A stretch of 61,363 nt of DNA, counting the filler, from Basidiobolus ranarum (taxonomy: Eukaryota): assembly GCA_040143965.1 (NCBI GenBank). It is 18 parts of 18 records of this genome, joined end to end, with 100 filler letters (N's around TTAATTAATTAA, not from the genome) between each part and the next. Parts side by side here need not be neighbours in the genome. Positions count along the whole stretch, not along the records: positions 47,844 to 51,151 come from JASJQH010009453.1; positions 51,252 to 54,556 come from JASJQH010009454.1; positions 54,657 to 57,960 come from JASJQH010009455.1; positions 58,061 to 61,363 come from JASJQH010009456.1; 14 more parts are not named here. One strand, written 5' to 3'. The notes beneath the pieces are model-generated. The model was not told the origin of the DNA. It searched no databases and saw only the letters and a list, made by a program, of their open reading frames with translations. This document shows positions 47,744-60,490 of the stretch, one piece after another (within the stretch, counting starts at the first letter, position 1; every line of letters starts with the position of its first letter). The position numbers and the translations under genes are program-made.

Positions 47744-49689
47744 NNNNNNNNNNNNNNNNNNNNNNNNNNNNNNNNNNNNNNNNNNNNTTAATTAATTAAN
47801 NNNNNNNNNNNNNNNNNNNNNNNNNNNNNNNNNNNNNNNNNNNGAAGAACATGGAACATTCTCTAGTTTGGTGACGTTAGGCTATAATTACATACTTTCT
47901 CACGCATATTTCTGATGCATAGGCTTTCTTACCAATCGGGGGATTAGGATCAACACTTGGAGTACTTAACTTTGGAGCTACTTGGTTCACCATATGAAAG
48001 CGGTTCTAGGTAACCAAAGCGACTGATCTACCGAGAAAAGACCTAGTTGTTGAAGACGTTGTAGTCAGATATCTCCTTGAGCAGAAAGTAGATCTAAATG
48101 CGATATTATGATAATTAGGGCAATTTACTAGAATTACCAGGTTGATCATTATACTGCAGAAACACCAAGCTACTCAAAACCACGACCATACTAAATATAG
48201 GATAGTGCATTGTAATATCTTAGATAGAAACTTACTATAAGAAAAAGGGAAAAACCTGGTGGAGGGATTCGTACGAATGAAGTATCTTTTAAAGATTTAC
48301 TGTCACTGGTATCTTCTCTTTGTTGTACTTGCCAAGATTCGTTATTAAAATATGGATTTTGTCGTTCGACAAAGTCGGTTCATTTCACACTTGCTCATTA
48401 CCTTCAACAGATCTTGTCACAATAAGCACCTCTGGGGTGTGTGTGTATTTAGGAAACATTGAATGGCGCACTATACACTCATTAATCCTAAACGCAGTCT
48501 CTTTCTGAAGGCTAATTATATTTTAAGGAATTCGCCCAATCCCATGCAGCAGCCAGTCTGATAACAATATGCTTCATAGATCGGGATTTCCTCATACTTC
48601 TTATTTTAACTCCATCTTGTCAGCCTATATTCGTTACTTCTTAGGCTGATGGCCAGGTGCCCTGTTTAAGATCTCTTACCATACAACTCATCACTTCCGG
48701 ACTTTCCCGTATCGAAAACAAGCAACTTGACATTCCTCAGCCCCGTTGACCTAGTGGTGTACCCAAAACTGATGCTTCATCTGCTACTTCTATGATAACA
48801 CCGTGTGCCTAGTTGAAATCGGTGATTTGTTAATGAACGTTAAACGCCTTATAAGAATCCTCCCACGAGCCTGAACGACTCGATCCAAGTTAGACTCTAT
48901 TATAGCGTATATCTGACCTCAATTATGAGGAAGTACGCAACAGGTATCCACCGCTGTAGTAATACTCACTTCAACATGAAATGAACAAATCATCTCGTTT
49001 GCCAAGATTAGACTTTTCACTGCACCAACTAGGACTGATTTGGACGAGTACTCTCCATATGATGAGTAGTGCCACTTTCCGGTTCGACTTGGGCACCTGA
49101 GAGATAAACAAAAAAATAGGGGTGCAAGACTAGGATTTCAGTCCATACCCTTGGGTGACGTATGGGGGATTACCTCGTTTCTTATTTTGTCTGGTGTCAC
49201 AGTGTTGGCGTGCGGAAGAATATTTACCATGGTGGCACATTTCTCATTCGATGTTACAGCTAAAACAATGCATCTCATTAGTAAGAAATATGAGAAAAAT
49301 CGACTTGGCCAATATTAAAACCAATCCTCATTGTACAATGAACCTAATTTGTCGGAGCTCTCCATTAGCATCAGCCATACGATTTCCAGTGCCCTCAATA
49401 CATTTTCTATCCATAATTGTAACCAGAGGCATCGAATCTATTCTAAAATTGGATTGCTCTAAATTGACTGACTGATCGCAGGATTAGCCCTATGTATAAA
49501 TATAGGCTGCTATCCACGGAGATCCTGGTAAGTCTTCAAAAGATAGTACTTAATTTAGACCCCAACCCCAATTGAATCTAGGTGTTGGACTAGTCGCTTC
49601 CCTCCCTCACAGCCTCTGCCTTCCCAGCTCTTCCACAACCTATAAATACTCAGTCATCTAAACTCACCGGCCCACCCGTACAATCTCGA

Positions 49690-50022
49690 ATGGCTCAACG
49701 ACAACCAGATCATGTTTCAATCGAGCCACAAGGGAAATCCGAGCTTCACGAGCTGCTAGAGAACAGTGGTGGTTTTGATGTAGCCATTGTTCCCTGTGGG
49801 TCAGTAATCCTTAGTGTGATATTCTTTGTATTTGGCTTGATGGGGATATTCCTAGGCATTGCTGAGATATCTAGCTACGTCCCATCCGAGGGTTGGGGGC
49901 CCCTTCTTCTCATAACTGGTGCGTTACTGTTTCTTCCGGGGCTGTACTATGCTAGAAAGGTGTGGTATGCCATGAGAGGATACCAGAAGCAACAAGCCCA
50001 GCTAGAAATGACCATGCTCTAA
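49690..50022 (+). CDS. TMEM230/TMEM134-like (DUF872) small two-TM membrane protein
   Basis: VPCGSVILSVIFFVFG...LLLITGALLFLPGLYYARKVWYAMRGY parallels TMEM230 (IPYKAIALA..LF..G...G.LVFLPGFYH..IAYYA.KGY). TATAAA at 49641. Confidence 0.8.
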   Translation: MAQRQPDHVSIEPQGKSELHELLENSGGFDVAIVPCGSVILSVIFFVFGLMGIFLGIAEISSYVPSEGWGPLLLITGALLFLPGLYYARKVWYAMRGYQKQQAQLEMTML

Positions 50023-50900
50023 ACTTGTTATGTAATGAAATTGTACCATTCACTGTATACTACTACATCTCATTTCCCTCAGCCAACTCTCCATGATTTC
50101 CCCTTGTTCCTTCGGTGATTGTACTTCAGCAAGTAAACACCGAACGTGTAATTATCCTGTGAAATTAGGCAGGATCAACTCTATGGCTCAATCGGGTATC
50201 CGAACACTCGGCTGATTTTATATTAACCGAGTGCATATTCTGATAAATATAGTAACGGCACGATTGTTATTGATGGGCGTCCTAATTGGTGTCCATCATA
50301 ACATTCAGCATCAGTCACACACTTACGTGTTCACCTCGTCCGATATTTCATTTTTTACTCCTTGCTTTGCGGAAGCTTGCTTTTCGAGGCAATTTTTGAA
50401 TAAATAATCAACAAATCTAACCCTATGATTACTACCTGAATGAGTCAGGCCTAAGAGCGCCTCGTGTGAGTATAAAAGACAGGCTTTCGAGACCTCTGAG
50501 CCAACCACCTATTTTTAGCAACTTGGAAACGATTTCTCTCTCCATTTGGCTCTGACCCCTGGCTTGTCAAGTGGCCAGGTTCATAACTATCGGAGTCAGC
50601 TTAATTCATAACCCCGTATGCGGTCGTTGTTTGGGGAGATCGAGTGCACGTAGCCTGGACTGGTGCCAAGCAAAAATTAATTATCGAATTATGGCTGCTG
50701 CATATTATGAAAAATATATTCACGATGGCGTGTAGTTAATATCTAGGAATTCATATTGGTAGCTTTTCTAGTTGGTCTGAATACTATAGTTTCACGATCA
50801 GAAGCCATGATAGAGTGTCAACCACTACAATACCTCCCCTGCAACAAACTTGCCTGCATTGCCTCTTGGGTTAATCTATAATGTTTAATATACAAAATAC

Positions 50901-51151
50901 TGTTGGATAACTAATCTTTATTCAACATCTTAGTTAACTTTAGTTATTATACATATATCAGAAAAAGAAAGCAACATATCTATAGCCCCAATATTCTAAA
51001 TAGGAATAATCTCTATATCTATATAACAATTATGCCTTATTACTGTTAAAGTATTTGGGAGCCTGTTGGAAGTGGTTTGGAGAATTAGAGGAATTGGTGG
51101 TTTTCACTTATTGATTTATTGAGTAGAAAGTTGACATTTATAGTTTTGTCA
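50901..51151. mobile_element. Family-C LTR (50901-51043) interrupted by a family-B LTR (51044 to contig end)
   Basis: TGTTGGATAA...TATGCCTTATTAC is joined directly to TGTTAAAGTATTTGGGAGCC. Confidence 0.85.
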
Positions 51152-51252
51152 NNNNNNNNNNNNNNNNNNNNNNNNNNNNNNNNNNNNNNNNNNNNTTAAT
51201 TAATTAANNNNNNNNNNNNNNNNNNNNNNNNNNNNNNNNNNNNNNNNNNNNT

Positions 51253-54200
51253 GATCTGATCAAAGGATTTCCCCTTGGTGAACCTAATGTACGCCTGTGC
51301 TTGTTGCATGTGAAAGATGGGGAAGACAGAATGGTCATTAGTCGCCACCACTCTATCAATGACGGTTGGTCTGATAAAATCACAATGAGTGACTTGGATG
51401 CTATTTACAATGGGACTTTGAGACCTTCAGTCATACCTTACAAGGACTACATTGCTTATCGTATTGATGAAGAGAAAGCCTTGAGTGACGACATGGGATC
51501 AGAGTACTGGACAAGTTACTTGTCTGGAACAGAACCTTGTGCTTTCCCGAGACTAGGTGACTTAAATCTTGCCAAACCAGAGCATTTACAACTTGCAGCA
51601 AAGCCAAGAATTGCGACAAAGGATTTGAGACACTTTGCTAAAGACGTAGGTGTTACACTTGCTACTTTGGTACAAGCAGCCTGGGGATTACTACTACAAC
51701 CTTATTACGCTCAAGAGGATTTCGTATACGGAATTCTCACTAATGGTCGAAACATGCCAATGAAAAATATCGATAAAGTCATTGGGCCTTGCATTAACAC
51801 TTCACCATTGAGAATTCAGTACGATAAAGAGGCACGGGTAGTTGATTGGCTTCATAAGATCCACCTACACTTGCTTACTAGTATTCCCTTCCAAAACCGT
51901 GGTTTGCAGAAGATTAACCAGTGGTGTAAAGCTAGTGGCAATGCGATTGAATTCGATGCTATTCTTAATTTCCAATCGCAAGATGAAAATGATGTAGCCG
52001 GAGATAGCCCACGCCAACTGAGCTTCGAGTTGGAGAAAATTCTGGAACCAACAGAATACAAACTAACCCTTAATTCTTGGACTGAGAATGGGACTCTTGT
52101 CTTCCGATTGGATTTCAATAGTGACGCGATAACCCATTCTCTAGCACAACACCTCTTGGAAAGGTTGGAAGTCATTCTTGAAGCTATTATTAAATCCAAT
52201 GGTGAAACCAAAATCCAAGAACTCCCGAAGATGGCTGAACCAGAAAAAAGCTTAATTGATAGCTTTAATGTAAACAAATCAAACACATCTGAGATCCATG
52301 ATTGCTTACATCATCTGTTGGAGAAGCAAGCTGCAATTACGCCTAACAATGTGGTTGTCCAATATGAAAACACTGAGTATGTAACTTACGAGGAATTCAA
52401 CAGGCGAGCAAATAAGTTGGCGCATCTACTGATCAAACATGGTGTAAAACCAGATTCAATGATTCCATTATGCATGGATAAATCTGTTGACCAATTGGTA
52501 GCAATAATGGCAGTTCTCAAAGCTGGTGCTGCCTATGTTCCATTAGATCCCAACACCCCCGTCGAGCGTAATAGATTCATCGTTCATGAAACCAAAGCAA
52601 CTGTAGTGGTTACACTTGAGTACTACAAGCATTACTTCGAAAATCGAAATGTAATCCTAGTTGACAGTGATAAGGAAATTATTAGTCAACAGTCCGTCCT
52701 AAATCCTGTAGTTGACGGGCTTACCCCATCGAATTTATGCTATATATTATTCACCTCCGGATCAACAGGTGCTCCCAAAGGTGTAATGCTGGAGCACTCG
52801 GCTGTAGTTAGTTTCGCTACTGCTCAACAAGCGGTTTGGAACCTCACGGAGCAAGACGTGGTACTTCAATTCTCAAATTACAATTTCGACTTGTCTGTAA
52901 TGGAAATATATGTACCATTTTTGAGTGGAGCCCGAATTGCAGTGGCTTCTAAAGAACGCTTGCTTACTGACTTGGAGGGTTGCATCAGCACAATGGGTGT
53001 CACATCAATGATATTAACACCAACCGTAGCTAGCTTTATCAACCCAGAGAATGTTCCATCCGTAAAGAGAGTGCAGACTGCAGGTGAAATGTTGACATCT
53101 ACAGTCCGTAATACTTGGGTTCCTTACGCTGACTTCTATAACTCCTACGGACCCACTGAGACGGCTGTTGTGTGTTCGGTGAACCCCAAAATTAATGAAA
53201 GGGCCTCGATTGCCAATGTTGGAAAATCGATGGGAAATACCAATATGTATGTATTGGATCCTGAGCTATCACTTGTGCCCATTGGAGTTATTGGTGAGGT
53301 TTGTGTATCTGGTTCTCAAATGGGCCGTGGTTACTTCAATCGACCTGACCTTACGGAAGCTGCCTGGGTTAAGAATCCATTTATCCCTGGAGAGCTCATG
53401 TATCGCTCTGGAGACCTCGGTCGATTCAATACAGATGGTACTTTGGAAATGGTTGGAAGAATGGACAATCAAATCAAACTCAATGGATTACGCATTGAGC
53501 TGGATGAAATTGAACATGCGTTGTATGAGCATTCTATGACAGATAGGGCCTGTGTTCTCCCACTCGTGGCAGATCCAAATACCAATCGTCGAGTCTTAGT
53601 TGCATTTGTGACTTACAGTGATATGCTAGACAATGATGCGAAGGTAGATCTACTGAATGGTACAGCTGCAGAAGTTGCTGCCACATACATTGATGAAACT
53701 AGAAACCTTTCCAAGCAAATATTGCCATCATACATGGTACCAACCGTTTGGCTTCCACTTCAGAAGATGCCCACTAATGCTAACGGGAAAGTTGATCGTA
53801 AAAGCCTTACTGCTTTCTTCAAAACATTGAATTTGGATAATCTTAAGGGTCTATCTTTGAACGTACCGAAAGCTGAATGCTCCTCGCCAATTGAAATAAC
53901 TTTGCAAGAGATTTGGTCGGCAACTCTCAACATTGCACCTTCACAAATCGGTGCCAATGACTCATTCTTCCACTTGGGTGGCGACTCTATTTCGGCCATC
54001 CGGATGTCATCTTTGAGTAGACAGAAGGGTATTTCTTTCACGGTGCAACAAGTAATGCAAAATCCAACTATTCGCGAACAAGCTTCGGTCTCTACTGTTT
54101 TGACTGTTATATCCAAAGCAACAGAGGAACCTCGGGAAGGAGCTGTACCGCTTACACCTATACAGGAATACTTTTTTGAGACTACACAAAAGAATGCAAA

Positions 54201-54555
54201 TCATTTTAATCAGTCTTGGTTATTACGGTTACAAACTCACACTAATGTCGATAATTTATCTAATGCAATTAACGAGATAATCGATCAGCACGACATGCTT
54301 CGTAGTCGCTTTACTAACGCAAACGGGGAGTGGAAACTGCAAGTACTTCCACCTGGAAAGGTATCGTTCGTGGCACACCACCGTAATATTCAAACTGTCG
54401 AGGAACTCAGGGACCATGTACATCTACTGCAGAGAAGCCTTAATGTTGAAACAGGCCCACTCTTCCAATTTTCACTTTATGATCTCTGGAATGGGCAACA
54501 GTTGATTTTCATGACTGTTCATCACTATGCCATTGATCTGGTATCATGGAGAATT
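51253..54555 (+). CDS. NRPS internal fragment: C-A-T-E (epimerizing module), open across the whole contig
   Basis: C: HHSINDGWS. A: FTSGSTGAPKG, YGPTE, YRSGDL, NGKVDR. T: FFHLGGDSIS. E domain: PLTPIQEYFF, NHFNQS, HDMLRSRF, HHYAIDLVSWRI. No stops or introns. Confidence 0.97.
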
Positions 54556-54656
54556 ANNNNNNNNNNNNNNNNNNNNNNNNNNNNNNNNNNNNNNNNNNNN
54601 TTAATTAATTAANNNNNNNNNNNNNNNNNNNNNNNNNNNNNNNNNNNNNNNNNNNN

Positions 54657-54917
54657 GGAATGAGCGCCATTTGTCATCATGGTGATATAACCTTTCTAGC
54701 TGAAACCTCTACTGAATGCCCTATGGATGTAGGATGCTACGCTCTCGATAAAGACAGGGAATATATCGAGAGAGACCTTGCAGATCTGAAGAAGAATGGA
54801 AACGAAGTTTGGCCCCAGTCTTCAGAAGGTGGCTTTCCTCATCGAGTGAACCCTAAAGATACCGATCTGACGGACTGGCCTAACAAGGGTAAGCAAGCAA
54901 CATGCAAAAATGATTAG
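54657..54917 (+). CDS. Small secreted Cys-containing protein, paralog 1 (5' truncated)
   Basis: Near-identical to the C-terminal ~85 aa of 56820-57212. Confidence 0.75.
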   Translation, partial: GMSAICHHGDITFLAETSTECPMDVGCYALDKDREYIERDLADLKKNGNEVWPQSSEGGFPHRVNPKDTDLTDWPNKGKQATCKND

Positions 54918-56420
54918 TAACAAGAGTAATCCACTTCTGAGAAAAAGAAAATCTATTTTGTGCTTCAGAGGAAATACACACCAATATAGCCTCCATATCT
55001 TTTAAATTAAAGAAAATTCTGTAGCACTGATATTACCGACAAATTCATTCTTACTGAGTCACCGTATATTTTATGTCCTTCTGTAACATCGATGACTACA
55101 TCACCTTAATGGATGAGAATAATAACGAAATGGATGTTCCGGACGTTCTAAATAATACTGTCTAGACTCTAATAATGAGAATCAACTAATATCTATTAAT
55201 TATTCTTTGGTACACGCTTGCTATTACCGATTGAAGTTTTCTTCACTCTTTTCGAGTTTGCCATAACTATATCAATGAAGGCACAATTAGCCTGTACAAA
55301 ATATGGCGGATCAAGTTTAAACGAAAGATCACAGAAATATATCAGAGGTATATCATCTTTTTATTCCTTTATCCATGTTTGAATCGGTTAGTTGCTTATT
55401 ATACGCTTCTTCAAGATAGACAGATATTTCACAAATCGCAACAGCCTATTGAACCTAACTGTCACATTTTCGCGTTGGTTCAATATTGCCAAAGAAAAAT
55501 TATTGGCTTGGAGAAGCAACCAGATGCAACGGTAACTAAGTCACTATATTCTCTGCATACCTTGTTCAAACAACACTCTACTAATGAAGGATATTTGTAA
55601 GACTGCTATAGTGAATCCGTAGCATGTACCACCCAACACCACCTGATATATGTATGTATTTCAAAATCAAAACAAACAATGACCATGTTTATGACATTGA
55701 TCTCAGCATGGGTTGTTTACTTTTTTGGATTTCTTTTTTTCCTGATCACTAACTATTCGTTTTAAGGAGTGGGAAAATTTCTATATAATGTGAACGCTTG
55801 TAGTGAGAAGGTCTACAGTTGATATGGATTGTGAGCTCTTGCTTACTTTCTATCGGTACTATGAAGCACACGGAGCTCTTGTCATGAGAGCTCGCCTATT
55901 GTGGTGTACATTTCTATCCGGCATATCATCGAGCAATTACTCAGTTAACGACCTTGAGCGACACCATTTATGGTCGAGTTCGGTTGTGACCGAGAGTCAC
56001 CGTATATTCTATGTCTTTCCGTACTGTTGATGACTATGTTATCTTGACGGTTGAGAATAACCATGCAGTGAACATTTCTTAAAACATCTACAGTGTTAAT
56101 CTCTTTATCTAGACACATTGGTATATATTTATTCAATTATGACTAGACTCTCAATCCTTTTGAAATTCAGCTATACATAGTACCTTAGGTATACCTAACC
56201 ATCTATTCGGGTTCCAAGGGCAATATCATTGCGATAAATGACGTATTCAAAGTATGCTCACTCGGTAATTAACAAAGTCAGTAGTAGCAGTAGTTGCGCT
56301 GTATTTTAATATTTAACATTGGAAGATTCTTGGATTAAAATAACTAGGATTCATTTTTAGACTTTCTTTCATTCGTCTTCTCAGGCGCCCCAAACGCAAT
56401 TAAGAATTGTCACTAATATA

Positions 56421-56771
56421 AAACGCAGTAGTGTTTGAGATTTCGTTGTTATGATTGAGGTAGGGTTTGTGCCATGTGTCCAGGTATATTTTCCTAAGTT
56501 TCGATGGAATTATGCATTCGTAAAGAACTAATCGGTGAAGGAATCAACCAGGTATGCAACACCATGTTTCATTGATATACATGAGCGTGTTCGTAAACTA
56601 AGCGTAGTAATGTTTGGAGTTTCGCCATTTTGTTTGAAATAGAGTTTGCACCACCATGCGCTCAGGTATGTCTTAGATGGAATTTTACATTCGTAAAGAA
56701 TAAATCGGTAGAAGAGTCAGTAATAGATGCAACATCATGTTTCATTGCTATACATGAGTGTATTCGTAAAC
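56421..56771. repeat. ~175-bp diverged tandem duplication just upstream of the secreted-protein gene
   Basis: GATGGAATT..CATTCGTAAAGAA..AATCGGT...ATGCAACA.CATGTTTCATTG.TATACATGAG.GT.TTCGTAAAC occurs twice (~56421-56598 and ~56599-56771). Confidence 0.8.
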
Positions 56772-56819
56772 CGCAATACATAAATAGGACCATTCACATA
56801 CTCACAAAAACATAACAAC

Positions 56820-57212
56820 ATGGCACGCTTATTCATTTCCACACTTGCTTGTATTACTGCTTTATCTTCGGTACACTGTCTACTCAGTTTATCACCAGGG
56901 AACCCATTTACTCCTGAAAACTACCCAGGACTCATCATTGAAGTGAGCGGAATGAACGCCATTTGTCATCATGGTGATATAACCTTTCTGGTTGAAATCT
57001 CCGGTGAATGCCCTATGGATGTAGGATGCTACGCTCTCGATAAAGACAGGGAATATATCGAGAGAGACCTTGCAGATCTAAAGAAGAATGGAAACGAAGT
57101 TTGGCCCCAGTTTTCAGAAGGTGGCTTTCCCTATCGAGTGAACCCTAGAGATACTGATCTTAAGAATTGGCCTAACAAGGGTAAGCAAGCAACATGTAAG
57201 AATGATGAATAA
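56820..57212 (+). CDS. Small secreted protein (130 aa): signal peptide plus 4 Cys in the mature region
   Basis: MARLFISTLACITALSSVHC is signal-peptide-like; the start context is ACAACATGG; a conserved paralog lies ~2.3 kb upstream. Confidence 0.8.
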   Translation: MARLFISTLACITALSSVHCLLSLSPGNPFTPENYPGLIIEVSGMNAICHHGDITFLVEISGECPMDVGCYALDKDREYIERDLADLKKNGNEVWPQFSEGGFPYRVNPRDTDLKNWPNKGKQATCKNDE

Positions 57213-58060
57213 CAAGAGTCAACCTCTCTTGACAGAATGAAAATCCATAGAAATATATAACAATATCACCGCCATGTCTTTCGAAATAAATCTATACATT
57301 TATATAATAGCACTGAATATATAACTAGTTCATTCTTCCATAACACCGAATATTCAATGCCTTTCTGCACTACGGATGATTATATCATCTTGACGGGTGC
57401 AGTGGACATTATCCGTTGCAAACTAGAAATAACTCTAAATATTCATAGATCCTATTTAGCAGATAAGGAGAGGTTACCAGACACAAAAATAACTAAGCCA
57501 CCATATTGTCCTCAATGTTGTCGTTATGAACATACTTTGTGTTCGTGACCAAATCGAAATACAGCACCTCTTCCAATGATGGAAATAAGTTCATAGTTGG
57601 ACCCATAATATTTTTCATATTTTTCACTCAACACTATCTGATATTTTTTATGTATTATGAAAACTATATTACTGTTGTGATTAATGCTAGTGAATCAGTA
57701 TGCATTCTAATAATCAAAATCAAAAAATGACCATGTTTATGGCATTGATCTCAGCATGGGTTGTTGACTTTTTGGAATTTCTTTTTTTCCGATCATTAAC
57801 TATTCATTCTAAGGGGTGTGAAATGCTCTATATAAAGAGAATGTTTGATGACAGAGAACCTTCAATTGATGTGGATTGTAGACTTACGTCTATTTTCTAT
57901 CGGTACTATGAAGCACACAGAGCTCTCGTCGTGAGAGCTCGCTTATTGTGGTGTACATTTNNNNNNNNNNNNNNNNNNNNNNNNNNNNNNNNNNNNNNNN
58001 NNNNTTAATTAATTAANNNNNNNNNNNNNNNNNNNNNNNNNNNNNNNNNNNNNNNNNNNN

Positions 58061-58876
58061 GAACCAACAGAAGGCCATGACCAGTACGGTGATTCCACAT
58101 GTGAGGCCCCAAACAAGGCCAATATTATTTTCAGTGAGTTCCTTGAATCCTGGAGCCTTGTAGAAAAGATAAACCAAGCAGATGAAAACAGTCAATCCGA
58201 AGTAGAAGGGAATGGCACGAAGACCACGCTCGAAAGAATCGGACTTTGCTAGTACGAAGATCTTGGTTACCATATAGATAATACTAGCAATGATTCCGGC
58301 AGCCACGGGAGAGATAAACCAGGAAGTCACAATCTTGGCGACTCCGTTGTAACTCCAATCAACGCTATCAACTCCGAAAGCAGATATACCCACACCGATA
58401 ATGGCACCGACAATCGAATGTGTAGTAGAGACAGGCCAACCGTTGCGTGTTGCAAATATTACCCAGAGAGATGATCCGACAACAGCACAGACCATAGCAA
58501 GCTGTAAAATTTTGTAAATAAATCATGTAAGTGATGTGCATAGATTGAAGGGAAGATTATAAACATCGGTGGAAATAGAAGACGCAATATTGATAATCAG
58601 ATATTCACATACCATGAGAAGTTCTGGTTGTCCAGCGAAATTCTCCAAAGAGATGATCTTTCCACGGATAGTCTCAGAAGTTTCGGAACCAAGTAAGAGA
58701 GCACCGAAGAACTCAGTGAATATAGCAATACAGCAGGCCTGAGCTAGTGTCAAGGATTTGGAAGCAACGGAAGTAGAGAACGAGTTAGCTACATCATTAG
58801 CGCCAATGCCATAAGCATCGAGCATAGAAAATAATAAGCCGACTACAAAGAGCCAAGTATAATCATGAATTTCCAT
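58061..58876 (-). CDS. PHO89: PiT/PHO4-family Na+/phosphate symporter, N-terminal part (3' truncated)
   Basis: Exons 58876-58613 and 58501->58061; intron 58612-58502 is GTATGT...ACAG. Signature motifs GIGANDVANSFSTSV, EFFGA, PVSTTHSIVGAIIG, SWFISP. Confidence 0.93.
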
Positions 58877-59773
58877 TCTGCTGATCGTATGTTAGTTGCA
58901 ATACTGAATAAACTCGTAGTGAATTACATTGCACTCGGAAGCTTTTATAGCTTGTCCATCTGTAGCTGCGTGGTATGAATCATTTCAATCATTGGTTCTA
59001 ACCCATTTCCCTCTATCGGATTAGCTAATTCAATTTTCTTGTACCCTCGTGGCCAAATCCCTTCGTCCGAGTGGCTCGCTTATTTTGTTTTAGATTGACC
59101 AACTTCGCTGATGGGGATAACCTTATTCTCACAGCAGAATAATCTACTTGGTGTGACACATAATCGCCCCATTACTGTTACAGTAAAGTGTCGCTACCTG
59201 TTTAACAATGATTGATGTGCAAAATTGCTTAAAACGCCAATATGGCTGGTGGATATTTGATGCTAAGACCATGATTTAATTATATGATTGGGACTGCGGG
59301 ACACTAGCTGGATTGAGCATCTGAGTCACGATATTGGGGTGATATCTCCTATCCCTGCTCTCTCCCTACTGGAAAAAAGGTTATAGTTGTTTTTTCAGGC
59401 AAGACAACAAAAAACATTAACTCGGAGAACATGTCTATTCAAGGTGCTGCTTACCTCCATCACGCAAGGGCACGAGCCTAAGTTAATGGCTAACTTAGCA
59501 TGACTAAGGATACCTGATTTTTCTAGTATCACCTCTGAATTTTTGTCAAAACATATCTGAGAATTAAACTTCAGCCAGAATTGGTATATTGAATATATTA
59601 CTAAAAGATCACCAAAATTGGCCTCGTGGTAGTCTATTGAAATTTGTCAACAATGTATGATAACTTTTAATTTCTCTCCATTTACATTTGACTTCTTCAA
59701 GTTAAGCTGGAAAGATTAGAGCATCTCCTCCCCACTCTTTAAAATGTCAATATTTCATAACTAAATTAGTTAT

Positions 59774-60100
59774 TGTTAAAGTATTTTGGGAGCCTGTTGG
59801 AAGTGGTTTGGAGACATAGAGAAATTGGTGGTCTTCACTTATTGATTTATTGAGTTGAAAGTTGACATTATACTTTTGTTCAGATAAAAACAAACTAACG
59901 CGTAGATTGTGATAAGGAAGGTCACAAAAATATGTGCGTAAAGTTTGGGGCTTCTAGCACGAGTTTGAAAAATCCATATATTTGAGTACATAAGCAAATT
60001 CCTCATGAGAACAATGGATGAAATCTTAGTGGAATATAGGATAACTAAATATTAAGCTCTATATGACTATAAAAGTATTCAGAAAATGCTAATTTCAGCA
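59774..60100 (-). mobile_element. Solo copia LTR (family B)
   Basis: TGTTAAAG...AATTTCAGCA. Flanks GTTAT/GCTAT form a TSD with one mismatch. Confidence 0.88.
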
Positions 60101-60218
60101 GCTATAACTTTAAATCAACAATATTTTTGTTCAAAACCTATAAAGGTGGTATAAGGCCCTAGTCTTATTTCTATTCGAATTATCTTCTCAGCTATACATG
60201 ATGGGCACAAGTAGAATA

Positions 60219-60490
60219 TGTTGAAGTATTTTGGGAGTTGTTGGAAGTGATATGGAGAATTAGAAGAATTGGTGGTCTTCACTTACTGATTTGTTGAGTG
60301 CAAGTTGACATGTATACATTTGTTAAGAAGTAGATGAACTTACATGTAGAGTACAAAGTTCAAGAAAATCACATAATCTTCAAACTTCCTAGTTGGTCTC
60401 AATATTGAGCATATATTCCTCATGAAGATATTATATAATAAATCTTTAGCTATAATACTAATAACCTAACCCTAACTAAATTATGTTCTT
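60219..60490 (-). mobile_element. Older, degenerate family-B LTR
   Basis: Starts TGTTGAAGTATTTTGGGAG...AATTGGTGGTCTTCACTTA. Similarity fades, so the right boundary is approximate. Confidence 0.7.

Noticed and set aside
47844-49475. Possible exons or ORFs (48320-48508, 49155-49475 and minus-strand splice-like signals near 47880-47930)
   Set aside because: The frames I tried are interrupted by stops and show no recognisable motif, so I cannot support a gene model.
41027-54556. Bacterial contaminant or endosymbiont origin of the NRPS contigs
   Set aside because: Base composition resembles the host genes, the motifs look fungal-type, and a decayed paralog runs into AT-rich host-like flanking DNA (17121-17405). 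Not formally excluded without coverage data.
27208-54917. TAG reassigned to a sense codon (TAG inside GT8; TAG aligned with GAA in the secreted paralog at 54915-54917)
   Set aside because: About 2900 codons of long intact ORFs (two NRPS fragments and the 743-aa protein) contain no in-frame TAG, and TAG ends other genes normally.
55379-56136. Short ORFs in the intergenic repeat of contig 17 (also 57357-57960)
   Set aside because: The duplicated copies do not preserve a common start or frame length, which fits non-coding duplicated DNA.
17121-58876. A siderophore or secondary-metabolite gene cluster (NRPS + STEAP reductase + GT8 + transporter + transcription factor)
   Set aside because: Each gene is on a separate size-sorted contig joined by artificial linkers, so there is no physical linkage evidence.
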